The notes under the pieces: model-generated | The model's database searches: none | What the model saw: the letters and a program-made list of their open reading frames with translations, nothing else | What the model was told of the DNA's origin: nothing | Assembly: GCA_001244265.2 (NCBI GenBank) | Contig: CDLV01000005.1 | Location: 992,001-1,056,000, forward strand | Source of the DNA: Microbotryum violaceum | Lineage: Eukaryota | Reading direction: 5' to 3' | DNA length: 64,000 bases | Made by a program: the position numbers and the translations under genes | In this document: one piece after another, positions 25,772-37,805 of the stretch | Layout: every line of letters begins with the position of its first letter | Numbering within the stretch: position 1 is the stretch's first letter

Positions 25772-26750
25772 TCTGACCTGGGCCGAACATCCAAATATTC
25801 GGCTCGCAACCAAAGGTATCCAGAACACCATGATTGTACCAAGCAGAAACCCGGCCAGAATTGACTTTCGCAGAAGCCCCTACTAAGCGCGAAGCACGCG
25901 CCGATCCTGGGGAGCCTCCCGGCGCCGAGGCCGAACTTGTGTCCCCTGTTGGCCCCACCTAAATGCGAATCCGCTGGCACACGACTGCATGCCCAAGAGC
26001 AAGTCTCCGATTTGAATTTGCCAGCCTTTCACTGTTGCCCCTGGGGTTATCCGGAGGAATGGCACAAAGATGTGCCCACAGTCGTACCATCCAGCGGAAT
26101 CGACATTCTTCGACGAGTCGAATGCGCATTCTCGAAAATGTCGATGTTGACCCTCACGTCTGCGCGACGACGGAGCGGGACAGGGACGGCGGGCTCTCCG
26201 CCGCGGTAGGAGACGACATTCACGACCGGAAGTGCTCTACATCAATCACACGACTCGGCACGAGATGTGGAACAGGTTTCGGCCATCTTCCCGAGATCAC
26301 CGTGCGCTTCCGTCCTCGTGATCAGGCAATGCTCAACTGTCGGGGCGCGGTACGTACACTCATTTCGTTGGCTACGTCACCGGACGCCGCTTGAATCGCT
26401 GGCGTTGCTCTCGGATCGCGTTGCAGGTGATAGGCAATGTATTGCAGTGATTACTGTGAAGGAAGGAGGCATACAGTAGATATGTACCAGACAAACGACA
26501 TCCAGTTGGTCTGCTGTGTTGCTGTCAGTGACCAATGCCGGTATTGCTAGCGCAGTCATGAGGAAAAGTGGCTCGGAGTTTCCAAGCGTTGAACTCGACT
26601 GAGGGTGGCGACGTGATCAAGATTGCCCGAGAGAATGTGCCGTGGCACACCAGGGCCCTGGCTGGCGTGCTATCTTGGTTCCGGCCACTTCACTGCGTTT
26701 TGATTCGACAACATATCAAAGTACCAGGCAAGCGAGAAGTGCTCACCGCC

Positions 26751-27523
26751 ATGGGCAACACCTTCTCGCTTGCCTCCTCGCCCACACCGCCCAGCTCGTC
26801 AATGACATCGTCTGCCCCTCGCCCGGACCCGGCGGCGCGCTCGCTAGTCACGGCGCCGCGAGGATACCCTGAAGGTACCAGCGCTGGTTTCATGTCGTGG
26901 CTATCGCGAGGGCAATCTTTCCAAGCCGACGCGGCGGATGCGAACCGGACTGTCGACGAGTTGACGTTTGTCGGTCTCCCTCGGGAGCTGGCTCTTTACA
27001 TCGTTGACCTGGCGTGAGTACTTTCCCCTCCACTCTGAGTTGCCTAGGAGTCACTGCCTCTATCTCGGCCAAAAAAAAGAGGAGCAGCTGAGAAGTTCAC
27101 CTGAGGCGCCACCATGACACGACACATGTCGTGGCGCGAGCATGTTTACAGTTCTGAGTGCTGACTTGTCATGTGGAGCAGGGAATACTGGCCTCTCCAA
27201 GTCTCTCAGACTCAAGCCCACGTTATTGTGCGAGCAAGCAGTGCTCGCCTTGCCTCCGCCTCCGTCTTGATTTCGTCTCCAATCCCGGAGACCCCGTCTC
27301 AGTATCCAGTGCGCAGGTAAGTGCCAGGCCCAAAAACCAATTGACAAAGGAAATCTGGACAGATGTAAGAAGCACGTGACGTTGCGTGTTCACGTGATTT
27401 TGTTCTGTACGCCACCCCTCTCCACCTCCAGGATCCGCATCACCACCGAATCTCGAGACCAAGGTTCGTGCTGGCGTTAGCTTACTTACTATGTGACATT
27501 TGGGGTTGGTAGTGACTACTACT

Positions 27524-27565
<42 letters not shown>

Positions 27566-27945
27566 TTTGTACAGGATTCTCATCTTTTCCCCAGCTGCAC
27601 GGGACCAGGGAGGGCTCCTCGTCCTGGTTCGAGCTCGCTTTGATCAGGCCGGACACCGAAAGAGCCTCCTCGGAAGCGCCAGAACGGTTCTTTCCTCCTC
27701 CGATCACAGGTCCCTTGTCCAGCCCCTCCCAACCTTACGGCATCGTTACCTCGCAACACCTCTACTACAACATCCATGCGTCTCGCACCTTCGAATCGCA
27801 CATGGTGACATTGGATGCAAGACTGGACATCGTCGACAAGGCTCGAGCAGGCGACCGACTCGTGCTGTACGCCTGCGCGCAGTATCCCGCATGGACCAAC
27901 GAATGTCGAATGGCGAGGATCACGGTCAACTACAGTGCGCTATGA
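26751..27945 (+). CDS. Hypothetical fungal protein (possible N-myristoylation; LP.EL..I F-box-like motif; SRDQG..SWFE motif)
   Basis: MGNTFS start, GLPRELALYIVDLA, IRITTESRDQG|FSS..GSSSWFELAL, ACAQYPAWTN. GT-AG introns. Confidence 0.6.
27529..27564. repeat. Poly(T)36 tract in an intron
   Basis: Uninterrupted T run upstream of an intron acceptor (tacag). Confidence 0.85.
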
Positions 27946-28223
27946 CATTGACTCTCATTGACTCTTAGCCCCGCGTCGAACTCGACCCAACGAAAGCAAA
28001 TCTCCACGACAATCTTGTCCATCCCATCCTCCTTACGATGTTTTTTGCTGCTCTCAGCATTCGTAGTCCCACTGCGTTACGACTGTTTTGAAATGTAAAT
28101 GCAACAAGTAACTCTACTACTCGCACCAGTCCACCAAGCGTAAAACTCTTCCCGTGCAGACCCCAAGATCTATTTGCATGCGCGATAGCTTTCCCCGCAA
28201 ACCTATCGAACAAGCGAAAGCAT

Positions 28224-31200
28224 CTAGTATACTTCCAGAACATACGCCTCCTTCTCCTTGAGCTCCTCAATGTAAGCCTCAGCTTGCTCCCTCGTGCGAC
28301 CATGTTTCATAAACGCCGAACACAGCGCCTCGAACACGTCGGCGGCGGGCCAGGTCGGTCCGCAGAGGTAGAAGGCACCGTTCTCGAGCATCTTGGCCAA
28401 CATGTCGGCGTCCTCGTTCATCTTGTGTTGAATGTACACCTTTTGAGCCGTGTCACGAGAGAAGGCCAAGCCGGTCTTGGTGACGATGCCTTCTTGCAGG
28501 TAGGCTTCAATCTCCTCACTGTAGGTCAGACGATGGCAGTCAGCTACAGCACTCTTGCTTCCCTGAGAATTGTCTAGCAAGCGCGTACCCGTAGAGGTAT
28601 TCCTCGGAACGATGGCGCGAGCCAAAGTAGTAAAGCATGGGCCCCACGTTGTAGCCCTGTTCCTTGCGCCAAGCGCGCTCTTGGATGAAGGCACGGAAAG
28701 GCGCAGCACCTGTTCCGAGACCCGCCATGATGACGGGTGCCTCGTCGAGGGCCGGAAGCTTCATGACGGAGGGCTTGATCGAAACCATGACCTGGTCACC
28801 GGCCTTGAGTCCAGCGAGGTAACGGGTGCACTGGCCGAAGCGTTGCGAGCCTATACACCAAATCAGATTCGGACGTCAAATCAGATACGGACGTCAGCAA
28901 GCCAGCCTGGCACCAGACAGAGACAAAAATGAAAGCAAGTACTCACCCTTAGGCGTGTTCCATTCGACGGTGACCACGAGCAAGTGGACAGCATCGCCAA
29001 CGAAGTTCTGCGAGCTCGAAATTGAGTAGTGACGAGGGTGGATCGGCTCAATCTCACGCACGAGGTCGGCGATAGTCGGGCGAGCCGAAGGAAACTGGCG
29101 CAGCAAGTCAGCGTAGGTGACCGTGTCCATCTCGCTCATCTTCTTGAACGTGGCGTGACCATCGGCGCAGGCGATGAAGCGCAGAGCGCGCTCCTCGTTC
29201 TTGTTCGTTGCGTAGCGGGACAAGGTCTCGTAGAAGGACTTGCCGGGCTTGCCAAATATGTCAAGGTTTTGCTGGAAGACCTGGAAGACAGTGCGCTGCT
29301 CAATGCGCGAGGGGTCGAGACGCGAAGGGACCGAGATCACAGCGTCGGGGTCGAGACCGTACCACATGAGGAAGTCGAGCGTCTCCTCGCCGTCGTTCCA
29401 GCCATGAATACCAAGCGCCTCACCGATCGCGTACTTGAGACCCGTACCGGCGGTGTCAAACTCAAGATGGAAGACGTAACGATCGTAGTTCGAAGGGGTC
29501 AAACGACGGTTCTCAGAGATCGTAATGAGGAAGTTCTTCTCGGGGAGGTCGGGGCGCATCTTCCCATCGACCTTCTTCTCGAGCTCGTAGGACTCGGGAA
29601 ACAGAAGACGCTGTGCTGCGTTGTGCCACGAGTCTTTGGGCTTACCCACAATTTCGGCGACGGGGTCGGCGAACGTGCGATCGGGGTTGGGTCCGGCCGC
29701 GGTGGGGATGAGCGAAGTAGGGAGCGAGACGGGTGCGGCATCCTCGCCATCGACGGCCATGGGCTCCTCAGCCCACGAGCTCTCGACGGTGACCTGGGTG
29801 ATGGCGTTGCGAACGACACCGTTGACTTCGACGAGCTTGGCCTTCTCCCACGAGCCGAACGAGGGGCTCTGCACGAGCAGACCGACGATCTCCTTGGCTG
29901 AGATGGACGAGGGCAAGTACAACGACCAGAAGACGATCTCGGCGACGTCAGCCGAGCGAATCGAGTGCGCGGCCGCGATTTTGTCGGCGTCGATGACGAA
30001 GAGGTTGCTGGAGCCGGCAACGGCTGCGAGCGCCTTCTTGGCCGGGTGAGTGAGCTTAGTCGCGACCTCGTCGGCGGTCCAGTTGGCCGAGATGACGATG
30101 CACGTGTCGCGTCCAACCGAGGTCGAGGAGATGGGCTCGTAAGCCTTAAGGATAGCCGTCGGCGACGAGAGGAAAAGGAACGACGCCGGAGAGGTCGCGG
30201 CTACAGCAGCGACGGTGAAGTCCTTAGTCGCCTTACCGAGGGGCTCGAGCAACAGCGAGGCTTGCTGAATACCACCCTGGCGGAAGTTGTCGTAGGCGAT
30301 CGCAAGCTTGGCATCGATGCCGGTCGAAGGAGCGGCGAAAGCCGCGGCGAGCCGCAAGGGCACGGTCTCGGTCTGGCCGGTCGTCGCATCCAAGTCCCAG
30401 AAGACGGCGAGCTTGGCCTCGGCGGGGAGGAGCGACCTGAACTCGGGCACTTGTTGGTTCGACGAAAGCGCGACGACGGTGCTGATCCAGTCGTGGACGG
30501 ACGGCAGCGACGCAGCAGGGATGGGAACGGCGCGGACCTTGAGCTTGAGGTCCGACTGGATCAACGAGCCCAAAATGTCGTCGAAGAAGGGACCGCTCGA
30601 TTGCTCGTCCTGCTCCTCGGCAAAGACGTGCAACGACTTGACCGACGACGGGAGCGCGGCGTGGAATTGCTTGGCGTCCCACGGCTTGACGACGCGAACG
30701 ACGAGCAAGCCGACCTCGGCGCTCTGTAGCTGCGCGATCGCGGCCTTGACGGAGGCCGAGTAAGTCGAGGCGGGGATGACGAGCACCCGGGTCGCGTTGG
30801 CCGATCCAAAGTACGAAAAGTAAGGGATCGAGGCAGCGGTCAAGATGGGTGAGATGGCCGATTCACCCGCAGCCGAGGCTGAAGCCGAGTCGAGGACCGA
30901 GAGCTGCCTGCCGGCGGTGAGGCCGTCGAAAACGTTGACGAGGTCATGGCCGGCCAAGTTGAGTCGGTGGGCGACGGTCGTGCCAACAAGAGCAGCTTCC
31001 TCGGCGGTCTCGGACAAGACAACGGCTCCGGTCCATCCTGCTTGGTCGAGCGTCTTGACGGCTTCGAAGAGCGAGCCGAGCGCGGGGACTTGGGTGAGCG
31101 AGACTTCGCCTTGCTCGTCCGACGCAACCGACGAAATCTGCGCCGAGACGTGAATCGTCAAAGCGGGACGCACGCCGGCGCGAGGCAGCGACAACAACGA

Positions 31201-31650
31201 GGGGGTGAGGGCAAGGAACGAATCGGTCGAAGCGAGGACGACAATGGGCTTGTCGGCCTGCGAGACGGCCGAGGAGGAAGTCGCGGCCGAGGTGTCGACC
31301 GAGGTCTTGGCCTTCTTCTGCGAGTCGGTGCGAGCACGCGAATGGCGCTTGGACGGCACGGAGCTGGCCTCGGAGATTGTGGCGTTGCCGTCGGCCTCAG
31401 CTTGCGCCGACGAGGACGACGTCTGGGCACCCTTGGAGGTGAATGCGATTGACTCGACGAAACCGACGAGGGAGGATCCTGCACCAGCACGGGTCTGCAT
31501 CGAGTAGACCTCGGCCGGGGTCGAGTCGGAATCGGCGCGGCTGCGAATCAGCGACTCGCCGAACGCGGCCGAGGGCGTCGTGTCGTACACAAATACGGCC
31601 GACGACGACAGGGCGGCGTCAGCCTCGAGAAGTTGGTGCAACGACTGCAT
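28224..31650 (-). CDS. MET10: Sulfite reductase [NADPH] flavoprotein (alpha) subunit
   Basis: ENRRLTPSNYDRYVFHLEFD, GLKYAIGEALGIHG, IHPRHYSISSSQ, MAGLGTGAAPFRAF, AFSRDTAQKVYIQH, FYLCGPTWP, C-terminal YVLEVY. Confidence 0.96.
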
Positions 31651-32158
31651 AATGACGATGAGCCGATACGATGATACGTGAAAGGGAGTGCAGAGGGGGT
31701 TAGATGGAACAGAGAGCGATCGAGACTGCGGAACACGGCTCAAACCGCCCGCCGCGAAGGCGTGATTTCGCGCTTGCTGACCGTTGGGCCTACTGGGCAA
31801 GCGGCGATCGCCAATCGCTGTGGCCGCGAACCGTTGCGTGGGAGAGAGCAGTGGCGCGGTTGCGCGCTGCCCCCCTGCAGAATTGACGGAACTCCGGAGA
31901 CCGAGGACTTATGCGGTGCTCAGTTTTGTGGTGCTCAGTTTTGTGTTCAAGGTCAGTACAAGCTTTATAACAACTAGCAACTCCTCATGTCAAATCGAAG
32001 GAGGTTTCATAAAAGCCGAAGAGCTGTCGTTACGTGACATGCGGGAGAGAAATGGTTGGTTGGATTATAAACAAGGTTGCGGCTACAGTGGATGGTGCGC
32101 TACATGGGTGAGAAATGGTAGTAAATATTTTATGAAGATGTTCCTAAATCCTCGTAGG

Positions 32159-33142
32159 TCATGCGATCAGAAGGGTCGAACTATGAGCATAAAAAAAGAG
32201 CGAGAGCATCAGTTTCAATGTTGCCACGGACTGCAGCCTCAAATTCATAAGAAACTCATCTTGATAGTCGCCATAGTAGCCCGAAGCAGGTCCAGGAACG
32301 GGCAAAGTGCGGTACAACCCAAATTTGATCGAGGAGTTGGTCCCCGTGTCACCGGTGGCAGCGTAAGTCATGAGCCGCTTGCCGTGGTCCAAATCGGTCG
32401 CAACGTAACTGAGCGAACCGTTCGTTCCCGCCATGACCCAAAGGCGATGCTCGATGACGCGGCCTTGGAAACTACCGAGCGGGATGGTGACCTCTTGCTT
32501 GCGCACGTTGTCCATTAAGACGTACGAGTTGCCCTTGACGTCGCCGGTGCTGTCGCGACGGAGCAGTTGGAACAGATGGAAAAAGTTGGTCCCGACGATT
32601 GTCGAAGGAGCGTTCGTGAGATACGATCTCCAGATGTACAAGTTGCGGGACTCGGCGGGGACGGGAGGAAGCGAGAAGATCTCGATACCCTGGCGTGCCG
32701 ACGCTTGGCGCTTCTCGAGTGTTTGACCGGTCACGTCCTCCTCAAAGGTGTCCAAATCGTCGCCAAGAGAGTCGTCGTCGATCTCCCATCTGGGATCGGA
32801 AAGGTCGTAGGAGTGCGCGGCAGAAGAGCCATTCTCGGATCGTGTGGCAAGATTCCCAGTGGCGTTAAGGCCCATCTGCCAGCAGTCGCTGATGGCGATG
32901 TGACGACCGCACCCTCCGTAAATCAGAACCCCTGAGGATTGGTACCCGAGCTTATCGCTGATCTTGCCCGAAGTCATGCGAGTACCGGTCGACATAATCA
33001 CGACGTCCTTCTTTTGGATGTCATGGGCCGGCAAGGCGGACCCACAGGTGGCGAGGGTGCAAACGGCGACGACGGCGCCGATAAGGAGCGCTCTGATCGC
33101 GACAGGGGTCGCTCGAGCGGTGGAAGGAGAGTGGGCAATCAT
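32159..33142 (-). CDS. Putative secreted protein (polysaccharide-lyase-like beta-sandwich)
   Basis: Hydrophobic signal (ALLIGAVVAVCTLATCGSA), Kex2-like LEKR, FFHLFQLL...IKFGLYR. Confidence 0.5.
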   Translation of the reverse strand: MIAHSPSTARATPVAIRALLIGAVVAVCTLATCGSALPAHDIQKKDVVIMSTGTRMTSGKISDKLGYQSSGVLIYGGCGRHIAISDCWQMGLNATGNLATRSENGSSAAHSYDLSDPRWEIDDDSLGDDLDTFEEDVTGQTLEKRQASARQGIEIFSLPPVPAESRNLYIWRSYLTNAPSTIVGTNFFHLFQLLRRDSTGDVKGNSYVLMDNVRKQEVTIPLGSFQGRVIEHRLWVMAGTNGSLSYVATDLDHGKRLMTYAATGDTGTNSSIKFGLYRTLPVPGPASGYYGDYQDEFLMNLRLQSVATLKLMLSLFFYAHSSTLLIA

Positions 33143-33775
33143 GGGCGACGAATGGGTGGACGACAGTAAGCCGGAAAGGACAGGGTGGGGAAAGAGAGGG
33201 AGAGAAGTAAAGACTTGGAAGGCACAAAGACAAAGTTGTCCTGCATATTTAGGGAGAGGTCGAGATGTTGAGATAGCCTCGAATCTCGCGCGAGCGAGCG
33301 AGCCGCCATTGACTGCTGCGAACCACTGCCGACGCTGCAACACTAGTCCAAGCCGGGCGGACGGGGACTTGGAGTGCCCGGTCTCGCCGAGCAAAAGGTC
33401 GAGTGTTAATGCGCGGGGGCTCATGTTGTAGCGGTGGGTAATGAAAACGCCCGGACCGCAGTGAGCTTCAGTCCACCAGGAACACGCACGGGCCCTCTCG
33501 TCAAATGATCGGTGTCGTTCGGCGCTTACCGGAAACGGCAGAATCCGAGTTCGTTCGGGTAAAGCGTGCGCGAGCAGACGCGCCCGGCGCGCACGGGCCT
33601 GTCGCTTTCGTCATTTCATTGCTCCAAATTCCCTCGCGTGCGCTCGGCTGCTGGCGAAGGTCTCGAATATTGAGGAGGCGATACAGACGGTGTGGCATGA
33701 TGACATAATCTGCGGGGTTATAAACTTGAAGTAGGTAGTCGTCTTGACGAATGAAGAGTTGGACTCGGTGAGTTG

Positions 33776-33837
33776 AGCGCTGCACGACAATGCAGTTGTT
33801 TCGTTGTCAAAGGACAAACTCATCAGGCGCTTGCGCT
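33776..33837 (-). ncRNA. Type I hammerhead ribozyme (3' pLTR copy)
   Basis: Minus strand: AGCGCaaGCGC-CUGAUGA-GUUUGUC cuuu GACAAC-GAAA-CAA cugca UUG-UC^GUGCaGCGCU. All core nucleotides and stems I-III are present. Confidence 0.92.
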
Positions 33838-35053
33838 TCTAAGGCCTTTCACCAGAAAGAATTCGCTATTAGCTGCTAAATTCTATTAGTCAGGAGCTAA
33901 TGAGAGAATAGATTCTAATTCGAATTTCAGACTTAGAAGGAATTTCTCAGAGGCCAGCCATGACTAATAAGTGGAGGTCAGGTGGTCTGTGCGAGCTCAA
34001 GAGCTGGACAGCTGAGTAAGTACCCCTATTCCAGGGGTGCTCTGACCTCCAGCAGATTAATAGACATTACTAGGTCTAGTAGTGGAAGTTGTAATACCTC
34101 CACTTGGAAAAACAAATGAGTTTTGAATATTAAAATATTTTTGACTCAGTAACATCAGGTCGTGTTGATGCAAGTGGAGTTGATGTAATCCCATACATCT
34201 GAAAACCAAAAGCCACCGAAAATTGAAGAAAATTCTGGTGTATAACGCTGTCCAAGTCAAAAGACTTGGATGTACATGGTACACGAGTTATAATCAATCT
34301 AGAGTCGAAAAATTCTCAAATTTGAAAAAGAATTCTTCGAGCGTCTAGTACAACTGATATGAAACCGTGCTAAGGTTCTCAGTGTATCTAAGATGTTACA
34401 GCTCCTTCTGCCACCAGGAGAAGGAGCTATCTGTTATGCTACTACAGAGCCATAATGGACTCCAGATAATTTCAATCATAACTTCAAGTACCCTCTCACG
34501 GAAGATTCTCAATGATTCTCCGAGTAGAACAAGAGAGTACAAGACGTTATGATCTCAGTGTATCTGTTTAACGTAGTTCCACTTATTCACGGCATGAATA
34601 AGGTTTTAAGTTTTCTGGTGAATCTTTTCAAAGTCAGATCATCTGCTCCTCCCTGCTGGGGTCCCATTGCCGGGGTGCAAAGTAAGTTACACTAGATCTT
34701 TCAATCTAATGTAACATGTTATGCACCCAAGTCCAAGGATGTAGCCAGTAGTCAAAGGAGATCATCCGATCTCCAGCGTATTTGTGCCAAAGAGCGGGAC
34801 GAAAAGCTGAAAGAGGCTCTACGCTGGGAATCAGAAGACTATGACAATGTCAAGATGCAATACATCCTGTTGCGGAGATTGTGTATGTTAAGTAACATGT
34901 AGAGTCTCAAAGATGTTTAAGCAACATCCAGCAACAGATCAACGTTAGACCTAATCTTCTCAGAATGAGAGACCCAGTCTATTGTAAGAGCTCTTCCTTT
35001 CAGAGAGAATAGACTGCTTGAGGTATAACTCGCGATTAGAATTAGGGTCTAAT
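33838..35053. ncRNA. Candidate long structured RNA (3' region of PLE)
   Basis: AT-richer tract with no long ORF, packed with 7-11 bp perfect inverted repeats, nested stems and one long-range 11-bp pairing. Confidence 0.6.
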
Positions 35054-37805
35054 TCAAACGGCAGTTGATGATAATGTATTGGCCGTGGAGAGGACATTCT
35101 TGTTGAATCTATTCACGATCTCTCCCAAGTTACGAGTTCGGGAGCGTGCGTTGATAATCCTTCGGGACGAAGTCCCAGTGAGTTTGGTCCGAAGATCAGG
35201 ATTCCAATCTTCAACAGTCTTTGTCAGGATGAGACCTGCATTGACCTGGTTCCAAACTGGATTATAATCGCTGTGAAAGATCAAGGGTGTTTCCCCCGTG
35301 TTCTCAATTTGCTTCCTTTCAAGAGCAACTGGACGAACATCAGAGTACTGCACAACCTTGAATGCCTTCCTTAGCCATCGGGTAGGATATCCCCGAGCTC
35401 TCAACCTCAAATAGAAGCGAGTCATCTGATTGATGTACTCGTCTCTTGAGGAGGAGAGTCGAATGTATCTGATAAGTTCTCCTTTCACAAAGGCAGACTT
35501 CACTGATTCGGGGTGTTCCGATGACCACGGTATATATTGATATGAGTTGAAGTCCTTTTGGTACACTCTTGTAGAGAGAGACCATCGGGAACAGTCCTTC
35601 GGGTCGGGGTTCTTCGATATAAAGGCATCGAGGAAGGGTAAACCGTTGGAACTGACTTCAGCATCGAAGACTAAGGACGGGTGAAGTTGAGCAAGTGCAG
35701 ATATACATTTGTCAACATTCGACCGCGGGCCCTTTACTATAGCTATTACGTCATCGATGTATCGCCCATAGAATATGAGGTTAGGAGTTTCCATGAGACG
35801 AGCCTCTCTTTCAAGTGCTCCAACGAAAAGGTTGGCATAGGTAGGTGCAAGGGCAGTGCCCATTGCCGTCCCTGAGACTTGATGAAAGAGTTTCCCTTGG
35901 AATCCTAGGTAGCTGTTGTTCAACACAAACGAGACGAGCTCATAAATGAGGTCGCCGGCTGTTTGCTCCCTGAGTGTTTCGGTATTGAAAAACTCAGACG
36001 AGGGAGCAGAGCCGAAACCGAAGTTCTCTGAGCCCGAGTCAAGGAAATCCTCGAACATTGGGGCGAGGATCGGCGGCAATCTTTGAGAGAAAGGCAGATG
36101 CTCTTGTGTATAGAAGTGTGTCCCTAGCCATCGCATGCACCTTGCTCCCTCGTCTGAAGGGAGGTTGGTGTACATGCTTTGGATGTCAGCTGTGATGATC
36201 CACAGCTCCTCATTAACCTCTGGGAGTTCAAGGTCTGAAAGTCTTCGGAGAAGATCCTTCGAGTCTTGAATAATCCAGGGGAAGAGTTGGAGCATAGGCT
36301 GCAGTAGCCAATCAGCATATTTGGAGACATGTGATGTAACCCATGAGTGCGAGGGCACTATGGGCCTGCCAGCCAGCTTGACTTTGTGCATCTTTGGAAG
36401 CATATGAAATTCAGGAAGTTGAATTTGATCTTCGTTGAGTTGATGCACGAACTTCTCAGCGCTAAAAGGAGTGTATTGGTACAGTGACGCAAAGGAAAAG
36501 GCTTTGGAGATAAGTCTTTTCCTGCGGTACATCAAGGTTTTGATGATTGCGCGCAGCCGTACCATTTTCAGTTCAAGATACGTTGAGGAGTTCAAGATAC
36601 GTTGAGGCAACGTACCAGTCTTTTGGAAGGACTGTAAGACCTAGGTTTTTATCAGCAGCTTTAACAAGAACGTTATTGCTGTTCATAAATCCTTCCAACG
36701 ACGGTAAAGTAGCCCCGGCGAGGTTGGGTCGCCAACTTGTGGAATCGACACCATCCAAGGCCTGACGCAAGAGCAAGAAGCCCCGGTCAAGCCCTTTTTC
36801 GACAGTCTCATCTGCTTTGGGCCAGATGTAAGGTATGGTAGATTTGACATGAAGTCCTGGGACATATCTGTCTCTTCCCGTCTTCACTGGAGCATTGAGA
36901 AATCGGCTTCTTCGGCGAACTGTAGTTCTCAGTTCTTTAAAGGACTCCAGAGGAGCTACGACATTGATCTTGGGTCTGATAATGAACTTGAGATTGAGAG
37001 AAAGGAGCCTTTCGATTGCCGAAGGGATCTCAACCTTGAACGGGTTGAGAAGCTTTGGGCGTTTCATCTTCGTTTCAAGCCACAGCTCGTTTGAATGTAT
37101 GAATACGAAAAGATCACGTTGTTCTTTTGACAGAGCAAGAGTAGCAACGGGCCATGTAGTACCATCTCTAACTAGGAAGTGGAGTGGTAGATCTAAATCA
37201 ATGGCAAGAAGAGGAGAGGGATTCACATTCGTGAAGTCAACTCCAGTGGAGTTGAACCTCATGGATTGTGAGGGGTCATTGATAAATTCTCCCACAGATG
37301 TAATATGATTCGACCGAACAGGAAGTATCAATTGCCATCTATCCTTCCTCTTTCCTTTCCTCGAGATACTACGAGCATTTAGAATGGAATCACTAGATAC
37401 AGATTCCCTTAAGTGGTCTTCTGCTTCTTTGCGTTCCCTGCCTTTCCTCCTTGCGTCATTGCGCGTTTGCGACTGTTGACGTTCCCATTCTTCGAAAGAG
37501 TTTGGGTCTGAGGTTGAGGGCGAGCTGGGAGAGTCGAAGGACGCTTGGCAGAGTTGCCTTGTTTCTTCGAAGAATCTCCCTTCGCGGTCGAGGTTGAACC
37601 TCGTTGCGAAGTGCTCGTCTGAGTGCTCGTGGTCGGAGTGTTGCTCTTCTTCGATGGTTGTTTCGAATTGGAGCGACCTTGAGATTGTTGGATGCGCGGA
37701 ATGTTGTACCCTTTGAGCTGAAATAGCAAAAGGGAACACCGATTCAGTTCGATCATAGTCATCGAGCATGGTCGGACATTCAGACCGAGAGAGGGGACGC
37801 ACCAT
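35054..37805 (-). CDS. Penelope-like reverse transcriptase, frameshifted by a 19-bp tandem duplication at 36570-36607
   Basis: LLSLNLKF, KAADKNLG, LPKMHK..GRPIV, ITADIQSMYTNLP, QVSGTAMGTALAPTYANLF, YGRYIDDV, LPFLD, YQK..YIPWSSEHP..KSAFVKGELIRY..LRARGYP. Ends without an endonuclease domain. Confidence 0.93.

Noticed and set aside
27529-27564. Poly(T)36 as a possible retroposon poly(A) tail
   Set aside because: No adjacent element body or TSD seen; it lies in an intron polypyrimidine region.
28860-28897. Short tandem duplication (aatcagat/acggacgtca) in a MET10 intron
   Set aside because: Two-copy slippage repeat, not an array; no spacer structure.
29029-31507. Long plus-strand ORFs (e.g. 290 aa, 254 aa) opposite MET10
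   Set aside because: Antisense shadows of a GC3-rich coding sequence with no motifs. The same applies to ORFs opposite KRE6, CIR2 and GPC1.
31914-31946. Tandem duplication ggtgctcagttttgt upstream of MET10
   Set aside because: Two copies only; no evidence of function.
33501-33823. Short ORFs shared with 39283-39630 ([23 protein letters not shown])
   Set aside because: Chance translation of the non-coding pLTR repeat.
34350-34390. CTGATATGAAACC...GGTTCTCAG as an additional hammerhead
   Set aside because: Lacks the CUGANGA core spacing and stem II.
35054-36610. Alternative call as telomerase, group II intron or LINE RT
   Set aside because: Motifs (LPKxHK..GRPIV, GTAMG, SxHP thumb) and hammerhead pLTRs are characteristic of Penelope-like elements. 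No TERT T-motif, APE domain or intron domain V seen.
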